A stretch of DNA of 64,000 nt from an uncultured Chloroflexia bacterium (lineage in GTDB: Bacteria; Chloroflexota; Limnocylindria; Limnocylindrales; CSP1-4): assembly GCA_963746845.1 (NCBI GenBank), contig CAVVCZ010000004.1, positions 288,001 to 352,000 on the forward strand. The letters run 5' to 3'. The notes below the pieces were generated by a model. That model made no database searches. It saw only the letters and a program-made list of their open reading frames with translations, and was not told the DNA's origin. Every line of letters starts with the position of its first letter. The stretch's first letter is position 1. A program made the translations under genes and the position numbers. Below are positions 54,672-64,000 of the stretch, piece by piece.

Positions 54672-55739
54672 ATGTCGAACTTCCACAGCGCCAGATCGGT
54701 GCGTGGCGCCGCGGCAATCGCGGCGATCCTCCTGCTCACGGCCTGCACAGCATCCGGCGGCGTCGATCGTGCCCCGGACGGACCGACTCCCGGCGCGACC
54801 GCTGCGCCATCGCCGTCGCGATCGCCCTCGGCCGCGCCGTCAGGCGTGGCCCGGGCGGGCGAGGCATCCGTCCAACCGACGGCGGCTGTTGTCGCTCCTG
54901 GCCCAGGGGTCCTGCCGCGAACCATCAGCTACGGAGGCCTCACCTGGGACGTGACCGACGCGGTCATCACGAACCAGGATCCGACGCGATACGTCGCCGG
55001 CACGCCCGCCCCACCGACCGACAAGACGTCCCTGATCGTGGACTTCGAGATCCGGAACGACAGTCCGCACGTCTTCTTCGTGACGACGACCTCACGGCTC
55101 GTCGTCGAGCTGCCGGACAAGACCGTGGTGCCGGGTCGGGACCTGGAGCGGCCGAGCGCCGCGCCCGAGTCGTCCGTCGAGAGCCGCTATGCCTTCGAGG
55201 TTCCCGATGACACCGCGTTCGATGACGTCGTCCTCCGGTTCGAGGACCCGGATCGCGAGCCGTCCGTCGATCTGCCGCTCAGCGGGTCCGCGCCGGCCGT
55301 CGAGCAGAACACCACGACCAAGGTCGATCGGGTGGCGCCGATCAGGCTCCCGGGCATCGACATGAAATGGACGATCGGATCCGTGATCACCGGCCGTGAC
55401 TGGCCCCTGCCGATCGGGTTCAAGGGCGGGACGAGGGTCGCCGGCGCTCGCGCCGAGCGCGACCATCAGTGGGTCGGGATCGTGGCCCGCGTCGATGTCG
55501 ACCGGTGCGACTGCAAGGGTGGCGTCCTCGATCAAGCCGGATCGGTCCGCCTCCTCGTCGACGGGATGCCCTTCACGGCATCCGCCGGTGACAGCTCGAA
55601 GGCGATCATGAACGCCAGCACCTTCTCCGACGTGATGCTCGTGTTCGCCATCCCGACCGGGGCATCGGACGCGGTGCTCCAGGTCGGTCCGCTCGAGAAG
55701 CCGGAGCAGCAGGCCAGGATCCCCGTCGCCCTCGAGTGA
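54672..55739 (+). CDS. Lipoprotein with two Ig-like (DUF4352-like) domains
   Basis: GAGG SD, lipobox LTAC, P/S linker, YAFEVP and LVFAIP motifs. Confidence 0.65.
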   Translation: MSNFHSARSVRGAAAIAAILLLTACTASGGVDRAPDGPTPGATAAPSPSRSPSAAPSGVARAGEASVQPTAAVVAPGPGVLPRTISYGGLTWDVTDAVITNQDPTRYVAGTPAPPTDKTSLIVDFEIRNDSPHVFFVTTTSRLVVELPDKTVVPGRDLERPSAAPESSVESRYAFEVPDDTAFDDVVLRFEDPDREPSVDLPLSGSAPAVEQNTTTKVDRVAPIRLPGIDMKWTIGSVITGRDWPLPIGFKGGTRVAGARAERDHQWVGIVARVDVDRCDCKGGVLDQAGSVRLLVDGMPFTASAGDSSKAIMNASTFSDVMLVFAIPTGASDAVLQVGPLEKPEQQARIPVALE

Positions 55740-55806
55740 TCTGCGCCGCCCGGGCCGGTCCGCGCGATCGTGTGGAGGCCGATTTCCCCGTATCCTCGAC
55801 GGGCCG

Positions 55807-58212
55807 ATGGCGCGACCCGTCACTCCACCGCAGACGCCGGCCTGGCCGGACGCCGCCCCGCCCGAGGTCGACACGACCCTGATCGGGCGTGACGCCCTGC
55901 TGGCCGATGTCGTCGAGGCCGTCCTCCGGGGCGATGCCAGGATCGTCGTGCTGAGCGGGCTGGGCGGAGTCGGCAAGACGCGCCTCGCGATCGAGGTCGC
56001 ACGGCGGGTCGGCGAGCCGTTCCGCGGGCGCATCGCGTGGGTCACGCTCGGTCAGGCGTCGCGCGACGGCGGGCTCGTCGCGGCGACCGCGGCCGCGCTC
56101 GGGCTGGCCGGCGGTGAGCCGGACCACGTTGCCGACGCGGTGGCCGAGACGATCGGCGACGAGCCCGCGCTCGTCATCCTGGATCGGGCCGAGGTCGGGC
56201 TCCACGATCTCGGGATGCTCGACGAGCTGGTGAGGCTCGCGCCGCCGCTCCGCGTGCTCGCGACGTCGCGGATCGCCGTCGAACGCGCCGGGACCCGGTC
56301 CGTTGTCGTCGACACGCTCCGGGTGCCGCGGGAGACCGAGGATGCGGCGACCGTGGCGGCCAGCCCGGCGGTGGCCCTCCTGCTCGAACGGGCGGTGCGC
56401 GCCGGCGCGGACATCGAGATCAACGATCGGACGTCCGCGGCGATCGCCCGGCTCGTCACCCATCTCGATGGCCTGCCCCTTGCGCTCGAGCTGGCAGGTC
56501 CGCTCCTGCGCGTGCTGCCGCCTCACCGGCTGGTCGCCCAGGTCCACGAGCGGCTCGATCCGGTCGTGGCGACGATCCAGTGGAGCCACGACCAGCTGAC
56601 CCCGGACGACCGATTGCTGTACCGCCGGATCGCGGTCTTCGGGGTCCCGTTCCGCGAGCGCCACGTCCGCACGTACGGCGAGCGAGCGCAGGCGCATGGG
56701 CTGTCCGAGCTGCCGCACGACGTCGGCCCCGCGCTGCGTCGCCTGGCGGCGGCCGGTCTCCTGCGGGCGGGCCCCGACGACGTCGAGTCGGAGGCGGCGA
56801 CCGGACCGGACGACCCGCGCGGTGGCGACGTGCGCGAATACGAGCTGCCCGCCCTCGTGCGCGAGGACGCGGTCCGCCGGCTCGAGGCAAGCGGCGAGGC
56901 GACCGCCGCGATGTGGGCCCGGGCGAACGACCTGCTCGCGCTGTGCGAGCTGGCGGACGCCGAGCTGGCGATCCGATCCCGCCGGGACATCCTCGACCAG
57001 CTGGACTTCGTCCATCCGGACCTGATCGCCTCCCTCGATCGCGCGCGGGCCGCCGGGGAGGGACGGTTCCTCCTCCTGATGACCGGGGCGCTCGCCGAGT
57101 ACTGGCGTGCTCGCGGTCGTCTCGCCGAGGGTCGGATCTGGCTGGACACGGCGCTCCGTCTCGGACCCCAGACCCGGACGGCAGAGCGGGCCCGGGCGCT
57201 CCACGGCGCCGGCATGCTCGCGAACTGGCAGAGCGACTTCGGTCGCGCCCGGACGGTGCTCCAGGAAGCCCTCGACATCCGGCTGGAGCTCGGGCGCGGC
57301 GCGGAGGCCGCGTCGACGCTCAACCAGCTCGGGCTGATCGGGCTCGACACGGGCGATCTCGCCGAGGCCGAGGCGCGCTGCCGGCAGGGTCTCGAGATCC
57401 GGCGCTCCCTCGGCGACGATGCGGCCGTCGCGGCGTCGCTCAACACGCTCGGCGGGGTCATCCACTTCGGCGGGCGGCCGGAGGAGGCGCGCGTGCTCTT
57501 CCAGGAGAGCCTCGCGATCCGGCGCGGCCTCGGCGACGATGCCGGCGCGTCGGTGTCCCTCGGCAACCTGGCGCTCGTCGCCCGGGACGAGCGGGACCTC
57601 GCCGGTGCCGCGGAGATGTTGCGCGAGGCGATCTCGACGAGAGATCGGCTCGGCGATCGGCAGCGGGTCGCCGTCGTCCGCCACAACCTCGCGCTCGTCC
57701 TGTTCGATGCCGGCGACATCGACGGCGCCCGGATCGAGCTGGGGGCGGCCCTGTCGACCGCGCGCGACCTGGGCGATCGGCTCGAGATGTCGAACGCGCT
57801 GTCCGATCTCGGGTTCGTGGAGGCCTCCGCGGGGAACATCGAGCGCGCGGCCATGCTCCAGGGCGAGTCGCTGGCCGTCGCCGCGCGGATCGGCGCGAAG
57901 GGAATCGTCGCCCAGGCGATCGACGGTGCCGCCGGGATCGTCGCGGTCCAGGGCGATCGGTGCGCGGCGGCGACGCTCTGGGGTGCCGCCGCCGGGATCC
58001 GGCGCAAGGCGCGGTATTCGATGCTGATCGCCGATCGGCGGCGGGTCGAGGCGGAGGTCCAGGCGGCCCGCGGCGCCGGGGACGAGACGCCGTTCGACAC
58101 GGCCTGGACCGAGGGCGAGGACCTCTCGATCGATGAGGCGATCACGCGCGCCCAGGCTGCCCTCGGGGCGGCCGTTCCGCCGCCGCGCGCGGGCGGACAG
58201 GTCGCGGTGTAG
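55807..58212 (+). CDS. NB-ARC/STAND-type ATPase with TPR repeats
   Basis: LIGRD, GLGGVGKTRLA, LATSR, LDGLPLALELA; tandem TPRs. Confidence 0.85.
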   Translation: MARPVTPPQTPAWPDAAPPEVDTTLIGRDALLADVVEAVLRGDARIVVLSGLGGVGKTRLAIEVARRVGEPFRGRIAWVTLGQASRDGGLVAATAAALGLAGGEPDHVADAVAETIGDEPALVILDRAEVGLHDLGMLDELVRLAPPLRVLATSRIAVERAGTRSVVVDTLRVPRETEDAATVAASPAVALLLERAVRAGADIEINDRTSAAIARLVTHLDGLPLALELAGPLLRVLPPHRLVAQVHERLDPVVATIQWSHDQLTPDDRLLYRRIAVFGVPFRERHVRTYGERAQAHGLSELPHDVGPALRRLAAAGLLRAGPDDVESEAATGPDDPRGGDVREYELPALVREDAVRRLEASGEATAAMWARANDLLALCELADAELAIRSRRDILDQLDFVHPDLIASLDRARAAGEGRFLLLMTGALAEYWRARGRLAEGRIWLDTALRLGPQTRTAERARALHGAGMLANWQSDFGRARTVLQEALDIRLELGRGAEAASTLNQLGLIGLDTGDLAEAEARCRQGLEIRRSLGDDAAVAASLNTLGGVIHFGGRPEEARVLFQESLAIRRGLGDDAGASVSLGNLALVARDERDLAGAAEMLREAISTRDRLGDRQRVAVVRHNLALVLFDAGDIDGARIELGAALSTARDLGDRLEMSNALSDLGFVEASAGNIERAAMLQGESLAVAARIGAKGIVAQAIDGAAGIVAVQGDRCAAATLWGAAAGIRRKARYSMLIADRRRVEAEVQAARGAGDETPFDTAWTEGEDLSIDEAITRAQAALGAAVPPPRAGGQVAV

Positions 58213-58222
58213 GATCGCCGCC

Positions 58223-59161
58223 ATGTCCCAGGTCACCGAACCCTCGTCCGGCGCGAGCACGCACGACCCCCTCGACACGGTCGACGGGATCGTCGCGAGC
58301 TTCCGCGAGCGCGACTACGTCTGCGATCGCTCGCTCGCGACCGCGGTCTTCCTCGGCCTCCGGCTCGGCCGGCCGCTGCTCCTCGAGGGCGAGGCGGGCG
58401 TCGGCAAGACGGAGCTGGCCAAGGTCCTGGCGGCCAGCCTCGGTGCGCGCCTGATCCGGCTCCAGTGCTATGAGGGCCTCGACGTCAACGCCGCGGTCTA
58501 CGAGTGGAACTACCCGCGCCAGATGCTCGAGATCCGGCTGCTCGAGGCCCGCGGGCAGGCGGACCGCGCCACCGCCCACGACATCTTCGGACCGGAGTTC
58601 CTGATCCGGCGGCCGCTCCTCCAGGCGCTCGAGGCCGACGCCGACGGCGAGCCGCCGGTCCTGCTGATCGACGAGATCGACCGGGCCGACGAGGAGTTCG
58701 AGGCGTACCTCCTCGAGATCCTGTCGGACTTCCAGGTCACGGTGCCGGAGATCGGCACGATCAAGGCGGCCCGGCCGCCGCGGGTGATCCTGACCTCGAA
58801 CCGAACCCGCGAGGTCCACGACGCGCTCAAGCGCCGCTGCCTGTACCACTGGATCGACTATCCGTCGGCGCAGAAGGAGTTCGAGATCGTCCTCGCCCGG
58901 GTCCCCGAGGCGCCCGAGCGGCTCGCCCGGGACGTCGTCGGGTTCGTCCATCGGCTGCGCGAGGCGGACCTCACGAAGGTGCCGGGCATCGCCGAGACGC
59001 TGGACTGGGCCGCGGCCCTCCTGTCGCTCGGCTCACGGGAGCTGACCGGCGAGGTCGTCGACGAGACGCTGGGCGTCGTCCTCAAGTACGAGGAGGACAT
59101 CCGGCGCGTCCGCGGTGACACTGCCCGGGCCTATCTCGCGGAGGCCGGCGCGACCGCCTGA
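58223..59161 (+). CDS. coxD: MoxR AAA+ ATPase (CoxD)
   Basis: LEGEAGVGKT, IRLQCYEG, IDEIDRADEEFEA and HDALKRRCLY. Confidence 0.92.
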   Translation: MSQVTEPSSGASTHDPLDTVDGIVASFRERDYVCDRSLATAVFLGLRLGRPLLLEGEAGVGKTELAKVLAASLGARLIRLQCYEGLDVNAAVYEWNYPRQMLEIRLLEARGQADRATAHDIFGPEFLIRRPLLQALEADADGEPPVLLIDEIDRADEEFEAYLLEILSDFQVTVPEIGTIKAARPPRVILTSNRTREVHDALKRRCLYHWIDYPSAQKEFEIVLARVPEAPERLARDVVGFVHRLREADLTKVPGIAETLDWAAALLSLGSRELTGEVVDETLGVVLKYEEDIRRVRGDTARAYLAEAGATA

Positions 59162-59185
59162 CCGGCGGCCCACCGAGCACCGGCG

Positions 59186-60598
59186 ATGACGACGCCGCGG
59201 GACCCGAACGACCCGGCGATCGTCCGCGCGCCGTGGGGTCCCGAGGTCGACGGACGGCGCCTGCTCGCGGAGTCGGTCGGGTTCGGGCGGGCGCTCCGTG
59301 CCGCCGGGCTCCCCACGGACCTCGGCGCCGCGGTGGACTTCGCCCGCGCCCTCGCCATGGTCGACATCGGCGAGCGCGAGACGGTCCGGGCGGCGGGCCA
59401 GGCTGTGTTCGTCCGGCGCCGCGACGACCGCGAGGTCTATGACCGCGTCTTCGCCCGCTGGTGGCGCCGGCGCGGCCGGAAGCGCCCGAACACCGACGGT
59501 CCCGCCGTGGCAACGGACGATCCGGACGCCGCCGAGCCGGAGGACGGCGTCGCCTCACCGGCCGGCGACGAGGGCTCGATCGGGGACGACGCGAACCGGA
59601 TCGACGGGATCCCGATGCCGATCTCGTCCGACGAGGACGACGACAGCGAGATCGACGGGGTCATCGCGGCCCCGACGGCGTATTCGGCCAGCGAGCTTCT
59701 CCGCCACCGCGACTTCGACCGGATGACCGCGGCCGAGCTGCGCGACGCCGAGCGGCTCGTCGACCTCCTGGAGCCGCGGCTCGAGCTCCGTCGGACGCGC
59801 CGGTACGAGCTCCATCACCACGGCCGGCTGCTCGCGCCGCGGACGATGATGCGGCGGAACATCGCCACCGGCGGTCAGTTCACCGAGTGGGTCTGGCGGC
59901 GCCCGACGAAACGACCCCGCCAGATCGTCGTGCTGTGCGACATCTCCGGCTCGATGGAGCGCCACTCGCGGCTGCTCCTGCGGTTCGTCCAGGCGTTGTC
60001 GGCCGCGTCGTCCGTCAAGACCGAGTCGTTCGTGTTCGGAACGCGGCTGACGCGCGTCACGCGGCTCCTCCGCGACCGGGATCGCGACCGCGCGCTCGCC
60101 AAGGTCGCGGACAGCGTCAACGACTGGGCCGGCGGGACGCGGATCGGCGAGTCGTTCCGCGACTTCAACCTGCACTGGGCCCGCCGGACGCTCCGGACGA
60201 GCGGTGTCGTGATCGTCGTCTCGGACGGCTGGGACCGGGGCGACCCGGCGCTCGTCGCGACCGAGACGGCCCGGCTGCGGCGGAACTGCCACCGCCTCGT
60301 CTGGCTCAACCCGCTGGCCGGGACGCCCGGCTACGAGCCGCTTGCAGGTGGGATGCGGGCCGCCCTGCCGTACATCGACGACTTCGTCCCCGCCGGGACC
60401 GTGGCCAGCCTCGAGCGGCTCGGCGAGATCCTGGCCGGTGTCCGGACCAACGACGTCCGGCGCGGGGGCGAGGCCGCGGCCTCCGCCGATGCCGGTGAGC
60501 GCGGATCGAGCCAGGTCCTGCGATCGATCGAACCCCCCGCGCCGCTGGAGCTGAACGCCGATCCCACGACCGCCCAACCGCTGACCCGCACCACGTGA
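59186..60598 (+). CDS. coxE: VWA domain protein (CoxE)
   Basis: DISGSM, FGTRLT, GGTRIG, SDGWD and WLNPL. Confidence 0.92.
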   Translation: MTTPRDPNDPAIVRAPWGPEVDGRRLLAESVGFGRALRAAGLPTDLGAAVDFARALAMVDIGERETVRAAGQAVFVRRRDDREVYDRVFARWWRRRGRKRPNTDGPAVATDDPDAAEPEDGVASPAGDEGSIGDDANRIDGIPMPISSDEDDDSEIDGVIAAPTAYSASELLRHRDFDRMTAAELRDAERLVDLLEPRLELRRTRRYELHHHGRLLAPRTMMRRNIATGGQFTEWVWRRPTKRPRQIVVLCDISGSMERHSRLLLRFVQALSAASSVKTESFVFGTRLTRVTRLLRDRDRDRALAKVADSVNDWAGGTRIGESFRDFNLHWARRTLRTSGVVIVVSDGWDRGDPALVATETARLRRNCHRLVWLNPLAGTPGYEPLAGGMRAALPYIDDFVPAGTVASLERLGEILAGVRTNDVRRGGEAAASADAGERGSSQVLRSIEPPAPLELNADPTTAQPLTRTT

Positions 60599-60617
60599 CC
60601 CGGAGAGGACCGACCCG

Positions 60618-61730
60618 ATGAAGGAGCTGCTGGAGACCCTGGACGGCTGGACGGCCGATGGCGTCGGGATCGGGCGGGCGGTCGTCGTCCGCACGTTCGG
60701 AAGCGCGCCGCGGCCCGAGGGCGCGGTCCTCGTCCGGGCCGACGACGGCCGGATCGCCGGGTCGGTCAGCGGTGGCTGCGTCGAGGGCGCGGCCGCGGGC
60801 GAGATCGAGCGAGCGCGCGCGGACGGCCACAGCCGGGTGATCCGCTACGGGATCAGCGACGAGGAGGCCTGGGACGTCGGTCTGGCGTGCGGCGGCACGA
60901 TCGACGTGCTGATCGAGCCGGTCGTCCCCGCGGTCGCGGTCGCGGGCGCCCGAGAGCGAGGCCGCGCGGTTGCGACGGTGCTGCCGGCGGATGCGCCGCC
61001 GTCCGCGTTCGGGCGGCACGAGCCGGGGGAGGGGAGCCTCCCTTCGCGCCCGATCGTCATTGCGGCGGACGGCTCGCTCGACGGATCGCTGGGGTCGCCC
61101 GCGGACGACGACGCCCTGCGCGCTGCAGCGGCGGACGCGCTCCTGCGCGGAACGTCCCGGACGGTTGCGATCGGGGACCGGCAGGTCTTCGTCGAGGCGT
61201 TCCCGCTCAAGCCGCGGCTCGTGATCGTGGGTGCCGTGGAGGTGGCCCGGTCGCTCGCCGTCTTCGCCAAGGAGCTCGGCTACGAGGTCGTCGTCGTGGA
61301 CGGCCGGGCGTCGTTCGCGACCCCGGAGCGGTTCCCACCCGATCGCGTGGATCGGCTCGTCGTCGGCTGGCCGGACGAGGTCGCCGACGAGATCGGGCTC
61401 GGCCAGGACGACGCGGTCGCGGTCCTCACCCACGATGTGAAGTTCGACGAGCCGGCGATCGTCGAGGCCCTCCGCCGCGGCTGCCGGTACGTCGGCGCGG
61501 TCGGATCGAAGAAGACCCAGGGCGATCGTCGCGCGCGGCTGCGCGACGCCGGTGTCACGGACGAGGAGCTGGCACGGCTCCGCGGCCCGGTGGGGCTGGA
61601 CCTCGGCGGGCGGAATCCGTCCGAGACCGCGCTCGCGATCATCGCCGAGGTCGTCGCCGAGCGGTACGGCGGGAGCGGGACGCCGCTCGTGGACAAGGCG
61701 CGCGCGGTCGAGGCGGCCGTCGTCGCGTGA
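60618..61730 (+). CDS. xdhC: XdhC/CoxI family Mo-cofactor chaperone
   Basis: GSAPR, GSVSGGCVE, GLACGG, LTHD and GPVGLDLG. Confidence 0.92.
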   Translation: MKELLETLDGWTADGVGIGRAVVVRTFGSAPRPEGAVLVRADDGRIAGSVSGGCVEGAAAGEIERARADGHSRVIRYGISDEEAWDVGLACGGTIDVLIEPVVPAVAVAGARERGRAVATVLPADAPPSAFGRHEPGEGSLPSRPIVIAADGSLDGSLGSPADDDALRAAAADALLRGTSRTVAIGDRQVFVEAFPLKPRLVIVGAVEVARSLAVFAKELGYEVVVVDGRASFATPERFPPDRVDRLVVGWPDEVADEIGLGQDDAVAVLTHDVKFDEPAIVEALRRGCRYVGAVGSKKTQGDRRARLRDAGVTDEELARLRGPVGLDLGGRNPSETALAIIAEVVAERYGGSGTPLVDKARAVEAAVVA

Positions 61731-62335
61731 CGATCGCGGCCGTCGTCCTGGCGGCCGGTGCCGGCTCCCGGTTCGGCGGGGGCAAGCTCCGGGCACTCCT
61801 TCGCGACCGTCCGATCGTGGTCCACGTCGTCGACGCCGCGCGCGCCGCGGCGCTCGATCCGATCGTCGTCGTCGTGCCGCCGACGGGCGAGCTGGATGAC
61901 CTGGACCTGGGCACGGCGCGACGCGTCATCAACTCGAACCCGGCCGAGGGGCTGTCGAGCTCCGTTCGGCTCGGGCTGCGGGCGCTGGAGCTCGACGCCG
62001 CCGTCGACGCGGCCGTCATCCTGCCCGGCGACCAGCCGCTCGTCCGGCCGGACGTCATCGGCGCGCTGGTCGCGGCGCTCGAGGGGGCTCCGGCGATGCC
62101 GTTCGTCGTGCCGCGCTACGCGGACGACCCGGCGCCGAACCCGATCCTCGCGCGCCGCTCCATCTGGCGGCTCGCCGACGAGCTGGCAGGCGACCGCGGG
62201 TTCGGACCCCTTCTCGCCGCCCACCCGGAGCTCGTCGTCCACGTCGCGGTCGACGGCTCGAACCCCGATGTCGACACGCCCACCGATCTCGAGCGTCTCG
62301 CCGAAGCCGGGAAGCCGCCGTCGGGCGTATCGTGA
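61727..62335 (+). CDS. mocA: Molybdenum cofactor cytidylyltransferase (MocA-like)
   Basis: VVLAAGAGSRFGGGKL, GLSSS, GDQP, GDRG and DVDTP. Confidence 0.88.
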   Translation: MTIAAVVLAAGAGSRFGGGKLRALLRDRPIVVHVVDAARAAALDPIVVVVPPTGELDDLDLGTARRVINSNPAEGLSSSVRLGLRALELDAAVDAAVILPGDQPLVRPDVIGALVAALEGAPAMPFVVPRYADDPAPNPILARRSIWRLADELAGDRGFGPLLAAHPELVVHVAVDGSNPDVDTPTDLERLAEAGKPPSGVS

Positions 62336-62339
62336 CCGG

Positions 62340-63188
62340 ATGACGACCGCCACCGCCGCTGCGCTCGAGGAGGCCTGGGCCGAACGGGTCCGGGCCAATC
62401 GCGAGCAGGTCGACCAGGTCCGCGAGGTCCCCGACCACGACTTCTACGCCCCGGTCTCGTCGCTGTTCGTCGCCGATCCGCGGCGGACCGGCGAGGAGGC
62501 GCTCGACGCCCTCATCGCGTTGGCCGAGCCGGGCGACCGCTGGCTCGACATCGGCGCCGGGGCCGGCCGGTACGCGCTGCCGCTCGCCATCCACGTCGAC
62601 GAGGTGATCGCCGTCGAGCCGTCCGCCTCGATGCGCAACGCGCTGCGAACCGGCAAGGCGGAGCACGGTCTCGCGAACCTGCGGATCGTCGCCGGTGCCT
62701 GGCCCGACGCGCTCGCGGAGCTCGGCGACCCGCCGGTCGCGGATGTCGCCTTCGTCGCCCATGTCGGTTACGACATCGAGGGGATCGGGCCGTTCCTCGA
62801 CGCGATGGAGGAGGCCGCCGGCCGCATGTGCGTCGCGATGCTCACCGACCAGAGCCCGGCGTCGGTCGCCGACCCGTTCTGGCCGATCGTCCACGGCGTC
62901 GAGCGAATCCCGTTGCCGGCCCTGCCGGACCTCGCGGAGCTGCTCCGGGCCCGCGGCCGGAAGACCGAGATCCAGCGCGTCGAGCGCTCGCCGCGGACGT
63001 TCGACTCGTTCGACGGTCTCGCGACCTTCATCCGACGCCAGCTGTGGATCGCCGACGACGGCGAGAAGGAGCAGCGGTTCCGGGAGGCCCTGTCGATCAT
63101 GGCGCGCGAGCGCGACGACGACGGCTGGACGCTCGCGACCCCACCGGTCGGCTCGATCGGCATCCTCACCTGGACCCCGCCCGACTGA
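62340..63188 (+). CDS. Class I SAM-dependent methyltransferase
   Basis: WLDIGAGAGRY and AVEPSASM. Confidence 0.85.
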   Translation: MTTATAAALEEAWAERVRANREQVDQVREVPDHDFYAPVSSLFVADPRRTGEEALDALIALAEPGDRWLDIGAGAGRYALPLAIHVDEVIAVEPSASMRNALRTGKAEHGLANLRIVAGAWPDALAELGDPPVADVAFVAHVGYDIEGIGPFLDAMEEAAGRMCVAMLTDQSPASVADPFWPIVHGVERIPLPALPDLAELLRARGRKTEIQRVERSPRTFDSFDGLATFIRRQLWIADDGEKEQRFREALSIMARERDDDGWTLATPPVGSIGILTWTPPD

Positions 63189-63200
63189 CGCCCAGGTTCG

Positions 63201-63668
63201 TCAGGGGCTCGCTGGCCGCGCGGCGTAGGCCACCCGCTGGAACGGCCACGATTCGTCCAGCCAGCGCGTGACGGTGCGGAACAGCTCCGTGTCGAGATCG
63301 GCGTCCATCGCGCGAACCCACGACTGGACGGTCGCGTCGTGGTCGGCGTCCTTGCCCGGGTAGATGTAGACGCAGCCGATCACCGTCTCCTCGTCCGGCG
63401 CCAGAACGGTGTAGGTGAAGCCGACGCGTGCCATGAAGTCCGCCGCGTGGCCTTCGAGGTCGTTCCGGTTCTCCTCGAGGCTCATCGGGTGCGGCCAATC
63501 GCCATCCGGGAAGCCCGGTGTGGCACGGATGTGATCGATGCTCGACGTCCAGGCGGCGTGGTCGGACGCGTTGTGCTCAGGCCCGAGCGGGCGAAGCCGG
63601 AACCGCGGGTGATCCATGCCCGTCGGCGGGCTGAACTCGGGAGGGACGAAGTCGGACATCCGGACCAT
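63201..63668 (-). CDS. GNAT/RimJ-like N-acetyltransferase
   Basis: RLRPLGPEHNASD, FTYTVL, IGCVYIYP and SWVRA. Confidence 0.8.
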   Translation of the reverse strand: MVRMSDFVPPEFSPPTGMDHPRFRLRPLGPEHNASDHAAWTSSIDHIRATPGFPDGDWPHPMSLEENRNDLEGHAADFMARVGFTYTVLAPDEETVIGCVYIYPGKDADHDATVQSWVRAMDADLDTELFRTVTRWLDESWPFQRVAYAARPASP

Positions 63669-63735
63669 GTTCGCACCTCGTGAAGCGCAGGTCGGCCGGC
63701 GGCGATAGGCTCCCGTCGAAGGGAGACCCGATCGA

Positions 63736-64000
63736 ATGACGACGCCCGGCAGCGGAACGAAGCCGATCAGCACCCTGGTCTGCGTCAGCTGCGGCAAGAA
63801 GAACCGGATCGCGCCGAGCGAGCGCGGTGCTCCGCACTGCGGGAACTGCGGCAAGCCGCTGGCATGGGTGGTCGACGCGAACGAGTCGACGTTCGAGGTC
63901 GAGACGCGGGCCCAGCCAACCGTCGTGGTCGACTTGTGGGCGCCGTGGTGCGGCCCATGCCGGTTCGTCTCGCCGATCCTCGACGAGCTCGCTCACCAGT
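63736..64000 (+). CDS. trxC: Thioredoxin with N-terminal zinc finger (TrxC-like), runs off window
   Basis: CVSCGKKNR...CGNCG; [10 protein letters not shown]. Confidence 0.88.
   Translation, partial: MTTPGSGTKPISTLVCVSCGKKNRIAPSERGAPHCGNCGKPLAWVVDANESTFEVETRAQPTVVVDLWAPWCGPCRFVSPILDELAHQ

Overview
Very GC-rich bacterial chromosome segment; gene content suggests Chloroflexota or Actinomycetota (inference). It begins with a lipid cluster (MMPL, acyl-CoA ligase, serine hydrolase, WS/DGAT). A tRNA-Lys(CTT) at 7408 anchors a decayed integrative island with a truncated tyrosine integrase, a duplicated tRNA 3' end at ~12.3 kb and arm-like repeats, and accessory DNA continues to ~18.2 kb. The island carries up to four relics of one uncharacterised ~66-aa gene with a conserved SD-sequestering leader, a second repeat family, an ECF sigma/anti-sigma pair and a possible beta-pore-forming-like protein. 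Core-type genes follow: ZIP transporter, carAB with a double-loop PyrR-type attenuator, an ArsR/LLM/CopC cluster, an M16 peptidase pair, a second ECF/anti-sigma with DDHG motifs, SRAP, TPR-rhomboid, a two-component system, a LacI-regulated sugar ABC operon, an aminotransferase, an XRE-PD-(D/E)XK gene, and a form II coxSLM molybdenum hydroxylase cluster with coxD/coxE/xdhC/mocA. Several single-base frameshifts (carB, kinase, serine hydrolase, tRNA stem) look like sequencing errors.
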